A DNA stretch of 64,000 nt, from NCBI GenBank assembly GCA_965230935.1, contig OZ246400.1, positions 87,222 to 151,221 of the forward strand. The letters run 5' to 3'. Positions 1 through 10,199 of the stretch are shown here, piece after piece. The notes beneath the pieces were generated by a model. That model ran no database searches. It had not been told where the DNA came from and saw nothing but the letters and a program-made list of their open reading frames with translations. Position 1 is the stretch's first letter, and each line of letters opens with the position of its first letter. Source of the stretch: an uncultured Gammaproteobacteria bacterium. Lineage in GTDB: Bacteria; Patescibacteriota; Patescibacteriia; Magasanikbacterales; JBBTQS01. Both the position numbers and the translations under genes were made by a program.

Positions 1-47
1 CGTTCATCGTTCTGGCGCTCTTCGGCAATCGGTCTGCGCTCAAGACC

Positions 48-1253
48 ATGGTGGACTTCACCACGATCCCGCGGGACGCCGAGCAGATCCGCGACATGCC
101 CTCCACGGCTGTTGCGGAGTACCGCCATTACAACAGGCGGCCCACGCCTCACTGGGTGTGGGAGCGTCAGCGTCGGCATGAGGGCGATCTGATCATGGAG
201 CAGCTCCTGATCTACGACGCCTTCGAACGCTTGAGCATCTGGACCAGCAAGCTGGCCGGCGCTACGGCGCTGCTCGTCGGTCTGCTTCTCGCGCCGTTCG
301 GGCTGTTCGTGCCCAAGGCGAGTGCCAAGACCGGTGGCGACCGAGCACATGCCACTGGGACCATGGGCGAGCAGGCGCAAGCCGGGCTCTACCCGCGGCT
401 CAAACTGGCCGGCGTGGTCATGACCTACACCGATGTGCTGTTGCCCACGGGCGACCTGAGCGCCGCCACCTACGGGGCCGGGGTGCGCAAGGCGCAACTG
501 GGGCTCACCGGTGAGGTCAACGGCCGACTCAGTGCCACGGCTGTGTTGGCCATGATGAGTATCGCTCGTGCTGCAGACCCGGTGTTCATGGCATACCTGC
601 AGTGGCAGCCGATCGATTCGTTGACCATCACCGGTGGCCGGATTCTCTCTCCGGTTGGCATCGGACGCAACCCGCCGCCGCACGGCATGATTCCGCTGGG
701 GTACCCTGACCATGGGATCACTTCATCGCTCAACGACCACGGTTTTATGGTCCGATGGGGTGCAACCGACTGGCTGGGAGTGAACATCGGGGCGCTGACA
801 GGCGAGGGGGTTGCCTCCACGCCGGATGCCTCGCCCGACGCGGTTTTCGAGCTGCTCTTTTTGCTTGCTGATGAGTTGACTCTCGGCGTGCACGGTCAAA
901 GCGGCAAGCAGGAGGAGGGGTGGCGACATAGCGTCGCAACTCATCTGGTGTATCAGACGCCAGGCTTCATCAGCCAGAGCGAGGTTTTGGCGACATGGGA
1001 CAGTGGGCAAGAGAAGCCGGCCATTTCGTGGTGGCACCTGGACGCGCTACACGTTGCGCCCTGGGTACAAGTCTACCTTCGGATCGAAGGCAGGCACCCA
1101 ACCGATCAATCGATCGATTGGCGCGATACCAAGCTGCTGGGCGGTGTGAACTTCTTCCCATGGACCACGGTGCAGCTGCGAGCTGCGCTCGGGCTGCCAA
1201 TACAGGAGGACCCGACGATCAGTCTGCGCTTCGCAGCGCAAGCAACCTTCTGA
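48..1253 (+). CDS. Hypothetical protein encoded in a markedly GC-rich segment; possible outer-membrane beta-barrel-like protein
   Basis: A 401-codon ORF with a very GC-rich third codon position, unlike the rest of the window. The C-terminus ...SLRFAAQATF ends in Phe after alternating hydrophobic residues, the pattern typical of the last beta-strand of an OMP. An N-terminal hydrophobic segment is present. No family recognised. Confidence 0.45.
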   Translation: MVDFTTIPRDAEQIRDMPSTAVAEYRHYNRRPTPHWVWERQRRHEGDLIMEQLLIYDAFERLSIWTSKLAGATALLVGLLLAPFGLFVPKASAKTGGDRAHATGTMGEQAQAGLYPRLKLAGVVMTYTDVLLPTGDLSAATYGAGVRKAQLGLTGEVNGRLSATAVLAMMSIARAADPVFMAYLQWQPIDSLTITGGRILSPVGIGRNPPPHGMIPLGYPDHGITSSLNDHGFMVRWGATDWLGVNIGALTGEGVASTPDASPDAVFELLFLLADELTLGVHGQSGKQEEGWRHSVATHLVYQTPGFISQSEVLATWDSGQEKPAISWWHLDALHVAPWVQVYLRIEGRHPTDQSIDWRDTKLLGGVNFFPWTTVQLRAALGLPIQEDPTISLRFAAQATF

Positions 1254-1281
1254 TCGCCGTATCAACCAATCACAACGGAAA

Positions 1282-1327
1282 CCGAGGTCTTGGCGCAATC
1301 GCCACGAACTCGGATTTCTTTTTTTAT
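1282..1327 (+). terminator. Putative intrinsic terminator at the 3-prime end of the GC-rich ORF
   Basis: Hairpin ccgagg...ggcgcaatcgcc...cctcgg followed by atttcttttttt. Confidence 0.45.
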
Positions 1328-1364
1328 TGCAATTTGGGCTTAAAACCGCTATCGTAGAGCTACT

Positions 1365-2204
1365 ATGGACATCTCAATCGTGACGGTTGGCTATAAAAGT
1401 CGTGATTTTTTACGTGAACAATTGCGTTCGGTGTTTGCGTCGACTGGTGATTTATCAATCGAAGTATTTGTAGTGGACAATAATTCAAATGACGGAACAG
1501 TAGAGATGGTGCGCACTGAATTTCCCCACGTGACCCTAATCGCGAACCAAGAAAATCTTGGGTTTGCCAAAGCAAACAATCAGGCAATTCGTCGGGCAAT
1601 CGGACGGTATGTATTGTTACTGAATCCTGATATGCGAGTGTTCGAAAATACATTGAGTGCTATGGTAGCATGGATGGATGCACATCCTAAAGCCGGTGTA
1701 TCTGGTTGTCGGTTGGTTACTCAGATTGGAGAGAATATGCCGCATGTGCGCCGATTTCCACGATTGTGGGACCAAGCAATGATTTTGCTTAAAATCCCAC
1801 ACCTATTTCCTGGTGTGCTCAATCAGTACCTCCAAAGAGATTTTGATTACTCACAAGATGCTGTGGTCGATTCAATCAGGGGTTCATTCTTTATGATCAG
1901 ACGCGATGTACTTGATCAACTTGGATCGCTTGATGAACGCTATTTTATTTGGTTTGAAGAAGTGGATTATTGTCGACAAGTTTCGCGTGCAGGTTGGGAT
2001 GTGATGTACACAGTGCAAGCGAAGTGTATTGATTATGTTGGACAAAGTTTTGCACTGGTGTCCGGAGTGCACAAGCAAAAAATGTTCACTAAAAGTATGG
2101 TGAGTTATTTTCGAAAATGGCATCCGATCAGTGCACCAGTCATTATCATGTTGCGTCCGATTGCAATCGCAATCTCATGGTTAGTATCAATTGGTAAACG
2201 ATGA
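1365..2204 (+). CDS. Family 2 glycosyltransferase
   Basis: N-terminal VVDNNSNDGT and DxD-like LLNPDM motifs of the GT-A/GT2 fold. First of four tandem GT2 genes. Confidence 0.8.
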   Translation: MDISIVTVGYKSRDFLREQLRSVFASTGDLSIEVFVVDNNSNDGTVEMVRTEFPHVTLIANQENLGFAKANNQAIRRAIGRYVLLLNPDMRVFENTLSAMVAWMDAHPKAGVSGCRLVTQIGENMPHVRRFPRLWDQAMILLKIPHLFPGVLNQYLQRDFDYSQDAVVDSIRGSFFMIRRDVLDQLGSLDERYFIWFEEVDYCRQVSRAGWDVMYTVQAKCIDYVGQSFALVSGVHKQKMFTKSMVSYFRKWHPISAPVIIMLRPIAIAISWLVSIGKR

Positions 2205-3274
2205 GTATGACCAAACTTACGATCCAACTGGTTACGTGGAATGGGAAGCGCTACATCCCATACTTATTTGCATCATTGCGCAAACAAACGTTTCAGGATT
2301 TTATTTTGCAAGTCCTTGATAATGGTTCAACTGATGGTACGGTGGCTGCTATTGAGCATGAACTTACCACGTGCACCTTTGCACACCAATTTATTCGCAA
2401 TCAAACTAATTCCGGATTTGTCGGTGGCCATAATCAGCTTTTTGCAGAAGGAGAAAGTGAGTATGTATTGTTGCTCAACCAAGATATGTATTTGATGCCC
2501 GAGTATGTTCGCAGACTGATGATGACGATGGAGCATCATGCTGATATTGGTGCAACAAGCGGACGGCTCATGCGGTGGGATTTTCATCTTTTAGCTGATC
2601 GAGGGGCTCACGGATTGCACCACAGTTTCACTCAATATATTGATACGTTAGGATTGAAAGTGTTTCGTTCTCGACGTGTAGTCGACTGGTATGCTGGTGC
2701 GCGGTGGCCAGAAGTGGCAAAAACCTTGCATGAAAGTAGTGGAGCTGAGCTCGAAGTATTTGGGATCTCCGGGGCCTTGCCAATGTACCGGAGATCTGCT
2801 ATTACAAAGGTGCTTGTCGATGGCCAACTTTTTGATCCGCTCTATTTTGCGTATAAAGAAGATGTTGATTTAGCGTGGCGTCTGCGGATTAGTGGTTCGC
2901 GTGCAGTGGTGGTGACTGATGCCGTTGCATACCACGATCGGAGTTCCTCAGGTACGGCGATCTCTGATGTGGGTGCTGCAAAAAATCGCAAGACCAAATC
3001 AGCATTAGCGAATTATCACTCGTATAAAAATCATCTGTACACCTTGATTAAAAACGAGTATGGGGCAAACTATGCTCGAGATTGGTTGTGGATTGAGCTG
3101 TATGAGTGGAAAAAGTTTTGGTACTTGTTGTTGTTTGAGTTCAAGAGTTGGCTCGCAATTACTCAAATAATTAAGCACCGGAAAACAGTATGCCGTACTC
3201 GTCGCCAACTCAAGCGCGCACGCAGTACTTCAGCGAAAGCCTTACGAAAGTGGTGGACTACCTACCAGCGATAA
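2201..3274 (+). CDS. Family 2 glycosyltransferase
   Basis: VLDNGSTDGT and LLNQDM motifs. The start overlaps the upstream stop (ATGA). Confidence 0.8.
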   Translation: MSMTKLTIQLVTWNGKRYIPYLFASLRKQTFQDFILQVLDNGSTDGTVAAIEHELTTCTFAHQFIRNQTNSGFVGGHNQLFAEGESEYVLLLNQDMYLMPEYVRRLMMTMEHHADIGATSGRLMRWDFHLLADRGAHGLHHSFTQYIDTLGLKVFRSRRVVDWYAGARWPEVAKTLHESSGAELEVFGISGALPMYRRSAITKVLVDGQLFDPLYFAYKEDVDLAWRLRISGSRAVVVTDAVAYHDRSSSGTAISDVGAAKNRKTKSALANYHSYKNHLYTLIKNEYGANYARDWLWIELYEWKKFWYLLLFEFKSWLAITQIIKHRKTVCRTRRQLKRARSTSAKALRKWWTTYQR

Positions 3275-3275
3275 T

Positions 3276-4106
3276 ATGCATGACATTGCAATTACTATTG
3301 TAAACTACAACATGCGAGATGCGATTCTCGCATGCTTACAAACACTGCGCGCAGATATTGCCAGCAGTAATCTTGATGTTGTGGTAACTATTGTTGATAA
3401 CGCATCATCAGATAATTTACAAAGAGTACTTGCGAATCAGTTCCCAGAAGTACGATTCATTGCCAATGATGCGAATGTGGGATTTGGACGAGGAAACAAT
3501 GTTGGTTTGCAATCGGTAAAAGCGAAGTACTACTTTGTGCTTAATCCAGACACCAGTTTTGTGCAGCCAAATACCTTGTCACGGTTGTACGATTGGATGG
3601 AGCGAGAACCAAAAGTGGGCATGATTGGCCCAAAGTTAATATATCCGGACGGTACATTGCAAAAAAGCTGTTTTCGGTTTCCCAAGTTTTCTGACAAAAT
3701 AATGCGACAATTAAAACTCGACAGGTTTTATCGAGTCAAAAAGCGCATTGACCATTTTTTGATGGAAGATTTTGATCATCGGAGTGCGCGAGCAGTGGAT
3801 TGGGTTCTGGGGAGCGCGATGTTTGTGCGTGCCAAGGCACTTGAACAGGTTGGAGGATTTGATGATCGGTTTTTTATGTATTTTGAAGATTGTGATTGGT
3901 GCCGTCGGTTTTGGGAAGCACACTGGCCAGTGTATTATGTACCAGAGATTACCATTGCGCATGTCTATGCGCGTGCTACAACCAAAACCGGAGGGGTAAT
4001 TAAATCACTCCTCACCAGTCGTTTGGCGCGCGAGCATGTGAAGAGTTGGTGGCGATATTACCATAAGTGGCGCAATCGTCATTCTGTAGTCAATACTCCA
4101 TCATGA
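3276..4106 (+). CDS. Family 2 glycosyltransferase
   Basis: TIVDNASSD, VLNPDT and YFEDCDWCRR motifs of GT2. Confidence 0.8.
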   Translation: MHDIAITIVNYNMRDAILACLQTLRADIASSNLDVVVTIVDNASSDNLQRVLANQFPEVRFIANDANVGFGRGNNVGLQSVKAKYYFVLNPDTSFVQPNTLSRLYDWMEREPKVGMIGPKLIYPDGTLQKSCFRFPKFSDKIMRQLKLDRFYRVKKRIDHFLMEDFDHRSARAVDWVLGSAMFVRAKALEQVGGFDDRFFMYFEDCDWCRRFWEAHWPVYYVPEITIAHVYARATTKTGGVIKSLLTSRLAREHVKSWWRYYHKWRNRHSVVNTPS

Positions 4107-5203
4107 AGACGTATCCCAAAATTGCTGTTGTCTATCTTTCGTTTCATTGTGAACCGTATATTCCTTTGGTGATGCCAGCAATGGAAAAACTCACCTATCC
4201 AAAAGATCGCATTGAGTGGGTCATTGTTGATAATCCGCATCCTAAGCACGGTGCATCAGTTGAGTTTTTGCAACATGAAGTCATGCCTCATTCTGGGCGA
4301 TCACTCCCAAAAGTTACCATCATTGCCAATGATGAAAACTTGGGATTTGCCGGAGGGAATAATATGGGGATTGAGTATGCTATTGCTCATGACTTTGATT
4401 ATGTATTTTTTCTGAACAACGATGCGTATCCAGTGTCCGATTGTTTTGAACGACTTGTCGAAGCATTTACGCAGGACAATACCATTGGAATTGCGCAATC
4501 ATTGATGCTCTTACATAAAGAACCAACAAAGATCAACTCATCAGGAAATGCAATCCACTTTTTAGGATTTGGGTATTGTAATGATTACAAGGAGTCTGTT
4601 ACCGATCATCAATACGCGCCGATTGAAGATATTGCCTATGCCACTGGGGCGGCATTTATGATTCCGGTTCCGCTGCTCAAGCGCATTGGTGGATGGAACC
4701 ATGATTTGTTTTTGTATCATGAAGACATGGAATTTTCTTTGCGCGCAAAAGCACTCGCCAGCAAGCGTGTAGTGCTGATTAGTACAAGTGTAGTGCATCA
4801 TGATTATTCATTTAGTCGAAGCATCACGAAATATTATTGGATGGAGCGGAATCGTTTTGCGGTTTGGTTGATGTATCTGAAGTGGCGAACACTGCTGCTT
4901 ATCTTTCCGGCGGTGCTGATAATGGAATTCGGCAGCTTCACGTTTTCTCTGTTGCGTGGATGGTGGAAAGAAAAGTGCAAAGTCTATTGGTATTGGCTTC
5001 AGCCAAAACATTGGCGTTTATGGCTGAGGGCACGCAAACGGATTCAATCTCAACGGGTTATCACCGATCGTGAGCTCATGAGCAGCTTTGTGGGTAAAGT
5101 GCTTTTTCAAGAAGAGGTGGTAGAACATCCACTCTTGCGCTATGTGGCAAATCCGGTATTTAACACCTATTGGAAGGTTGTTAAAAAACTTATTGTTTGG
5201 TAG
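4103..5203 (+). CDS. Family 2 glycosyltransferase
   Basis: In-frame ATG at 4103 overlapping the upstream TGA (ATGA). VIVDNPHP, FLNNDA and LYHEDMEF motifs. The ORF-track start at 4067 is probably too early. Confidence 0.75.
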   Translation: MKTYPKIAVVYLSFHCEPYIPLVMPAMEKLTYPKDRIEWVIVDNPHPKHGASVEFLQHEVMPHSGRSLPKVTIIANDENLGFAGGNNMGIEYAIAHDFDYVFFLNNDAYPVSDCFERLVEAFTQDNTIGIAQSLMLLHKEPTKINSSGNAIHFLGFGYCNDYKESVTDHQYAPIEDIAYATGAAFMIPVPLLKRIGGWNHDLFLYHEDMEFSLRAKALASKRVVLISTSVVHHDYSFSRSITKYYWMERNRFAVWLMYLKWRTLLLIFPAVLIMEFGSFTFSLLRGWWKEKCKVYWYWLQPKHWRLWLRARKRIQSQRVITDRELMSSFVGKVLFQEEVVEHPLLRYVANPVFNTYWKVVKKLIVW

Positions 5204-5214
5204 GGTAATTGAGT

Positions 5215-6291
5215 ATGAAAGCACTGCTGACCGGTGGAGGACATGCAACGCGATTGCGTCCGATTACCGAGACGATTAACAAGCACTTGATCCCATTGGC
5301 AAACAAGCCTATGATTGTTCGCGCTATTGAAAAAGTGCGTGCAGCAGGGATCACTGACATCATTATTAACACTAATCCAGGAGAGAAAACACTTCAGGAG
5401 TTTTTAGGTGATGGGAGTGCCTACGAGGTATCAATTACCTATCGCGAACAAATCGGTGGTCCACTTGGGTTGGCTCATGTGCCTACCTGTGCTCGGGATT
5501 TACTTGAAGGTGAAGATTTTTTGTTTTACTTGAGTGACAATATTATTTTGGGTGAAATCAATCATTTTGTTGAGGAGTTCACTGCTGGGCAGCGTAATGC
5601 TATGCTCGCGTTTTCGAAAGTTCCTGATCCGCAACGATTTGGTGTTCCGATTTTTGAAGGTGACACGTTGGTTCGTGTGGAAGAAAAGCCTGAGAAGCCA
5701 CAAAGTGATTTTGCGGTAACTGGAATTTATCTTTTTGATAAGCACTATTTTGATGCATTTGAAACACTCAAGCCAAGTGCGCGCGGAGAGTATGAGATTA
5801 CTGACATCCATACCTGGTATTTGCAAAACGGTCACAATGTTGGCTGGAAAGAGATTACTGGTTGGTGGAAAGATACAGGGAAAGCAGAAGATCTACTCGA
5901 AGGTAATCAGCTTTTGCTTCATGAGATGACTCGTGAGGCCACCTTTAATCATGCAAAGATCGGGGATCGTGTTCGGGTGCAAGGTCGGGTGCAAATTGGG
6001 GAAGGCACGGAGATTGATGAGAATGTGTTAGTGCGAGGTCCGGTGAGTATTGGAAAAAACTGCACCATTAAAAATAGCTACATTGGCCCGTACACATCAA
6101 TTGGAGACGATACTGAGATTTATAATACGGAGATGGAGAATTGTGTAGTATTAGAAAAAGCTGATATCAACTCTGGAGTTCGAATTGTTGATAGTTTGAT
6201 TGGAAAGAATGTTACCATTACTCCTGCGCACAGCTCTTTGCCGTCAGGACATAAAATGATTTTGGGAGACAACTCTATGATGGAGTTGTAA
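5215..6291 (+). CDS. Sugar-1-phosphate nucleotidyltransferase (long-form glucose-1-phosphate thymidylyltransferase-like) with C-terminal left-handed beta-helix
   Basis: LTGGGHATRLRPIT matches the GxGTRL nucleotidyltransferase signature. The C-terminal half has hexapeptide-like I/V-G repeats. It is adjacent to the GT2 cluster. Confidence 0.75.
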   Translation: MKALLTGGGHATRLRPITETINKHLIPLANKPMIVRAIEKVRAAGITDIIINTNPGEKTLQEFLGDGSAYEVSITYREQIGGPLGLAHVPTCARDLLEGEDFLFYLSDNIILGEINHFVEEFTAGQRNAMLAFSKVPDPQRFGVPIFEGDTLVRVEEKPEKPQSDFAVTGIYLFDKHYFDAFETLKPSARGEYEITDIHTWYLQNGHNVGWKEITGWWKDTGKAEDLLEGNQLLLHEMTREATFNHAKIGDRVRVQGRVQIGEGTEIDENVLVRGPVSIGKNCTIKNSYIGPYTSIGDDTEIYNTEMENCVVLEKADINSGVRIVDSLIGKNVTITPAHSSLPSGHKMILGDNSMMEL

Positions 6292-6297
6292 CGTTGG

Positions 6298-7611
6298 CTA
6301 TTGGATATCAAATGTAATAATTTGTTGCGCACCGTCCCATGTAATGAGGCCGGTGATTGTTTTGCCATCGTTTGAGATTGTTAGGTCTTGCCAGCTTAGT
6401 TCAGGGAGTAGAGAATAGGTATTACGAGTGTCTCGACCGTCATACTCGAGGAGGATTGCCTCATCATCAAGCAAAATTAGCACATACCCCGTATTCGTAA
6501 CTGGGTACACCCGAGAAATTTTTTTACTGCTGCGCGTTAAAAGTTGAAAGGCTCCTTCAGGAATATGTCGCCAAACCTCTGAATTGTTATACAGCAGCAG
6601 CTCACCATCGTCATGAGTGGCGTGAGTAAGTGTTTCAAACGAAAGTGTTTCAGTAGTCCCATCACGTACAGCAACTGTTGTTTGGGCACGGGTGTTTCGC
6701 AGATAGATTGTTCCATCGTGGTTGGTAAGATACTGATATGATCCTTGGGGAAGTGTGATTGGTTCGTCAGAACCAACGGTAAGGGTATAAGACAGTCCAG
6801 TATCTGCGCTCAACATAATGTCATTCGCAAAAAGCCGCTGCTTGTGATCGGTAATCCAGGTAATCTCTTTAGTAATTGTATGCATGTAGGCATCTAGACT
6901 GGATGCTTCCATTACGCGGATCATCCACGGACTCACCGGATCCCACCCGAAAAATTTAAATTCATAATCATCGGTATTAATGCTGGTAAGTCCATCAGGG
7001 CGAGCTCTTGAGAAAATAAATTCTTCAGATCGTACGGTATCAGCATAGGTCACCCCTACAATTGCTCGCTCACCATCTGGACTCCACGTGATGGAGTGAC
7101 CTTGCAGCGCAAGTGGTTCGTCAAAGTGAATCGTGTTGTGGGTATTGTCGTGATAGTACGTGAGGGTTGAGGAGCTTGGGTCAATATGCAGTCGAGTTGA
7201 TCCATCAGATGAGAGACCAATTACATGGTGATTCGGGATTCGCTCAGTCGCTTGAAACACTGGTTGTTTAAACAACGTTGTCGTAATAAATGTAGTCTCT
7301 TTTGAATGGACATCAACTCGCTTGGCATAGGAGAAATAGCCATCCTTAGTAATCTGGACATGCACAGTTGATGGCAGCAGGCGCGTAATACGCAATGGCG
7401 TATTGCTATGGTGCTGGTCATTCACTAAGACGCTCGTGGTAGTTGGTTCAGTTTTAATCAAAAGAGAGCCGGTTGAGATGATCGATCGGCTGGGCCAATG
7501 GATAGTATATCCGGAGCCATATGTAAGTACGGTAATCGTGGTAATCAAGAAGAATAGGACAAAAAATAGCCACACCACGAAGCGTAATTTGTAATTTTGG
7601 TATGCTTGCAT
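6298..7611 (-). CDS. Membrane-anchored PEGA-domain protein, function unknown
   Basis: An N-terminal TM helix, then a PEGA-like segment SVLVNDQ...VHVQITKDGYFSYAKRV, then a large beta-rich extracytoplasmic region. Confidence 0.55.
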   Translation of the reverse strand: MQAYQNYKLRFVVWLFFVLFFLITTITVLTYGSGYTIHWPSRSIISTGSLLIKTEPTTTSVLVNDQHHSNTPLRITRLLPSTVHVQITKDGYFSYAKRVDVHSKETTFITTTLFKQPVFQATERIPNHHVIGLSSDGSTRLHIDPSSSTLTYYHDNTHNTIHFDEPLALQGHSITWSPDGERAIVGVTYADTVRSEEFIFSRARPDGLTSINTDDYEFKFFGWDPVSPWMIRVMEASSLDAYMHTITKEITWITDHKQRLFANDIMLSADTGLSYTLTVGSDEPITLPQGSYQYLTNHDGTIYLRNTRAQTTVAVRDGTTETLSFETLTHATHDDGELLLYNNSEVWRHIPEGAFQLLTRSSKKISRVYPVTNTGYVLILLDDEAILLEYDGRDTRNTYSLLPELSWQDLTISNDGKTITGLITWDGAQQIITFDIQ

Positions 7612-7647
7612 AGCTTTCCTAAGTAGGGTACACTACGGATACAAACT

Positions 7648-8916
7648 ATGCAACGATACGTAATTACTGGGCCAACAGAGCTGCAGGGCTCAATTGCGGT
7701 TTCTGGTGCCAAGAATTTTGCCCTCAAGTGTTTTAGTGCCGCCCTGGTCATGGATGGCGCTCTTTTTGTATCGCGAATTCCAGAGATCGAAGATGTGCAT
7801 CGCATGTTGGAGATTATGGAAATTTTGCAGGTGAGTATTGATCATGATGCGCATGACCATACCGTGAATATTGATGCATCAACATGTACTACCGGTGATT
7901 TGCGTGATTCACGCGCCGGGAAATTGCGTGGTTCAGTGATGTTGATTGGTCCGCTTTTGCATCGGGTAGGGAGTGCGCAAATTCCTCATCCTGGTGGATG
8001 TGTGCTTGGTAAGCGGCCCATTGATTTATTTATTCGAGGATACAAAGCGTTTGGTGCTACGGTTATTGAGCATGATGACCATTTTGAGTTTCGTGCAGAC
8101 AAGCAACTAGAAGGCACCACGATTGTATTTCCTTTTATCTCCGTAACAGCAACCGAGGCGCTCATGATTACCGCCACTCGTGCAAAAGGTACTACCGTGT
8201 TAAAAAATGCTGCAGCAGAGCCAGAAGTTGCCGAGCTTGCCCAGATGTTGAATCGGTGTGGTGCCAAGATCAGTGGTGCCGGAACTTCGACTATTGTGAT
8301 CGAAGGCGTTGATGCAATGACCGGCACACAAGTTGAATGTATGCCAGACCGTCTGGAAACTGCGACGTTTGCGATCATGGCTGCAGCCACACGATCCGAG
8401 CTCACGATTACTCAGTGTAATCCAGAACATATCGAAGCACTACTCGCGCATTTTGACATTATGGGCGTCCCATATACGCGTACAGAAGACACATTGGCAA
8501 TCCATAAATACGAAGGGGCGCTCAAGGGAGTAAATGTCCGCACAAAAGAATACCCTGGATTTTCAACCGATTATCAAGCACCGATGACTGTGTTGCTTAC
8601 CCAGACCGAAGGGTTGAGTATGGTGCATGAAACCATTTTTGACGGTCGGCTGTTTTATACTGATTTGTTGAATCGCATGGGAGCCAATATCATCATGTGT
8701 GACCCACACCGAGTATTAGTCCAGGGACCAAAGACATTACGAGGGCGCGCACTTGAATCACCTGATATTCGTGCGGGCATTGCCATGGTTATTGCTGGGC
8801 TCATTGCAAAAGGAACCACGACCATTCATAATATTTATCAGATTGAGCGAGGGTATGAACGTATTGACGAACGATTACGGGCACTTGGTGCTGATATTGT
8901 TCGTATTGATGAATAA
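7648..8916 (+). CDS. murA: UDP-N-acetylglucosamine 1-carboxyvinyltransferase
   Basis: Full-length match to the MurA architecture, including the N-terminal ITGPTELQGSIAVSGAKN and the enolpyruvyl transferase repeats. Confidence 0.85.
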   Translation: MQRYVITGPTELQGSIAVSGAKNFALKCFSAALVMDGALFVSRIPEIEDVHRMLEIMEILQVSIDHDAHDHTVNIDASTCTTGDLRDSRAGKLRGSVMLIGPLLHRVGSAQIPHPGGCVLGKRPIDLFIRGYKAFGATVIEHDDHFEFRADKQLEGTTIVFPFISVTATEALMITATRAKGTTVLKNAAAEPEVAELAQMLNRCGAKISGAGTSTIVIEGVDAMTGTQVECMPDRLETATFAIMAAATRSELTITQCNPEHIEALLAHFDIMGVPYTRTEDTLAIHKYEGALKGVNVRTKEYPGFSTDYQAPMTVLLTQTEGLSMVHETIFDGRLFYTDLLNRMGANIIMCDPHRVLVQGPKTLRGRALESPDIRAGIAMVIAGLIAKGTTTIHNIYQIERGYERIDERLRALGADIVRIDE

Positions 8917-8918
8917 CT

Positions 8919-10196
8919 ATGGACGAATTTACCTACAAAACTGAACCACCGGCAAACCGACGAGCCAAGCAATATGTTGGTACGTATGTTAAGGGTATTC
9001 TTGTGGTTGTGGTATTTGCGCTTGGGATTTACCTTGGAGCGGTGGTCAACATCGGTTCAGTACAAGAACGCATCTTACAACAAAAAAATTCAGAGGTTGT
9101 TGGGATTAAGCAACTCACCGAAGGATTTTCTGAAGAAGTTAATACTGGATTATTTTGGGATATTTGGGATGCGGTGCAGAAAAAGTATGTAGAGGGTCCA
9201 AGTGAGGAAGCTGATTTATTTTATGGGGCGATCGAAGGGGTGGTGGCAGCGCTCAATGATCCGTATTCAGTCTTTTTACGTCCTGAGATTACCAAGCAGT
9301 TTGTCGCTGATTTGTCCGGCACCTTCGAAGGGATTGGTGCTGAGATTGGCAAACGCGAAGGTCGTCTCGTGGTTGTAGCACCACTTGCCAATTCACCTGC
9401 AGAGCAGGCCGGACTTGAGAGCGGAGATATTATTGTGTCAATTGATGGCGATGAAGCAGCACCATTACCGCTTGATAGTGCGGTCCGTAAGATTCGTGGT
9501 CCACGCGACTCAACCGTGGTACTTGAAATTTATCGCGAGTCTACTGACGAACTTATGGATATAAGTATTGTGCGAGCACCCATTGAATTAACCACGGTTG
9601 CATACGAACGACTTGAAAAAAATATTGCGTACGCACGTATTGCGCATTTTAATGAACAGACTATTCCTAAATTTGAGTCCGTCATTGCTGATGTGAATCA
9701 AGCGCAAAATCAACCAGCTGGTTTAATCATTGATTTGCGCAATAATCCTGGCGGCTTTTTAGATGTTGCTGTTGCGCTTACGAGTGAGTGGCTTGAGGAA
9801 GGTGCCCCAATTGTAAAAGAAGATTTCTACAATGGAGCAGGAGTAGATCAACAATACGATGCTCATGCACACCATCGATTGCCAACCATCCCAACGGTAG
9901 TGCTTATCAATGGTGGTTCAGCGTCAGCATCAGAGATTTTGGCCGGTGCACTGCAGGATCATGAGCGCGCAATCATTATTGGTGAGCAAACGTTTGGTAA
10001 AGGATCGGTGCAGGAGTTTCGCACATTTGCCGATGGGTCTGGTTTGAAGCTCACTATTGCCAAATGGTTAACACCATCCGGTCGATCTATTGATGACAAG
10101 GGAATTAGTCCTGATATTAAAGTAGAAGATGATCCGGAGACTGAGGAGGACGAAGTACTCCAAAAAGCAACCGAAGTGTTGATTGGTGAAGAATAA
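8919..10196 (+). CDS. ctpA: Carboxyl-terminal processing protease (S41 family) with PDZ domain
   Basis: An N-terminal TM segment, a PDZ segment (GLESGDIIVSIDGD), and the S41 motifs IIDLRNNPGG and GEQTFGKGSVQ. Confidence 0.8.
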   Translation: MDEFTYKTEPPANRRAKQYVGTYVKGILVVVVFALGIYLGAVVNIGSVQERILQQKNSEVVGIKQLTEGFSEEVNTGLFWDIWDAVQKKYVEGPSEEADLFYGAIEGVVAALNDPYSVFLRPEITKQFVADLSGTFEGIGAEIGKREGRLVVVAPLANSPAEQAGLESGDIIVSIDGDEAAPLPLDSAVRKIRGPRDSTVVLEIYRESTDELMDISIVRAPIELTTVAYERLEKNIAYARIAHFNEQTIPKFESVIADVNQAQNQPAGLIIDLRNNPGGFLDVAVALTSEWLEEGAPIVKEDFYNGAGVDQQYDAHAHHRLPTIPTVVLINGGSASASEILAGALQDHERAIIIGEQTFGKGSVQEFRTFADGSGLKLTIAKWLTPSGRSIDDKGISPDIKVEDDPETEEDEVLQKATEVLIGEE

Positions 10197-10199
10197 TCT

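Noticed and set aside
470-1298. Minus-strand ORFs of 64-116 codons overlapping the GC-rich first gene
   Set aside because: These are typical antisense ORF artefacts of GC-rich coding DNA (Ala/Arg/Pro-rich, fully nested in the plus-strand ORF).
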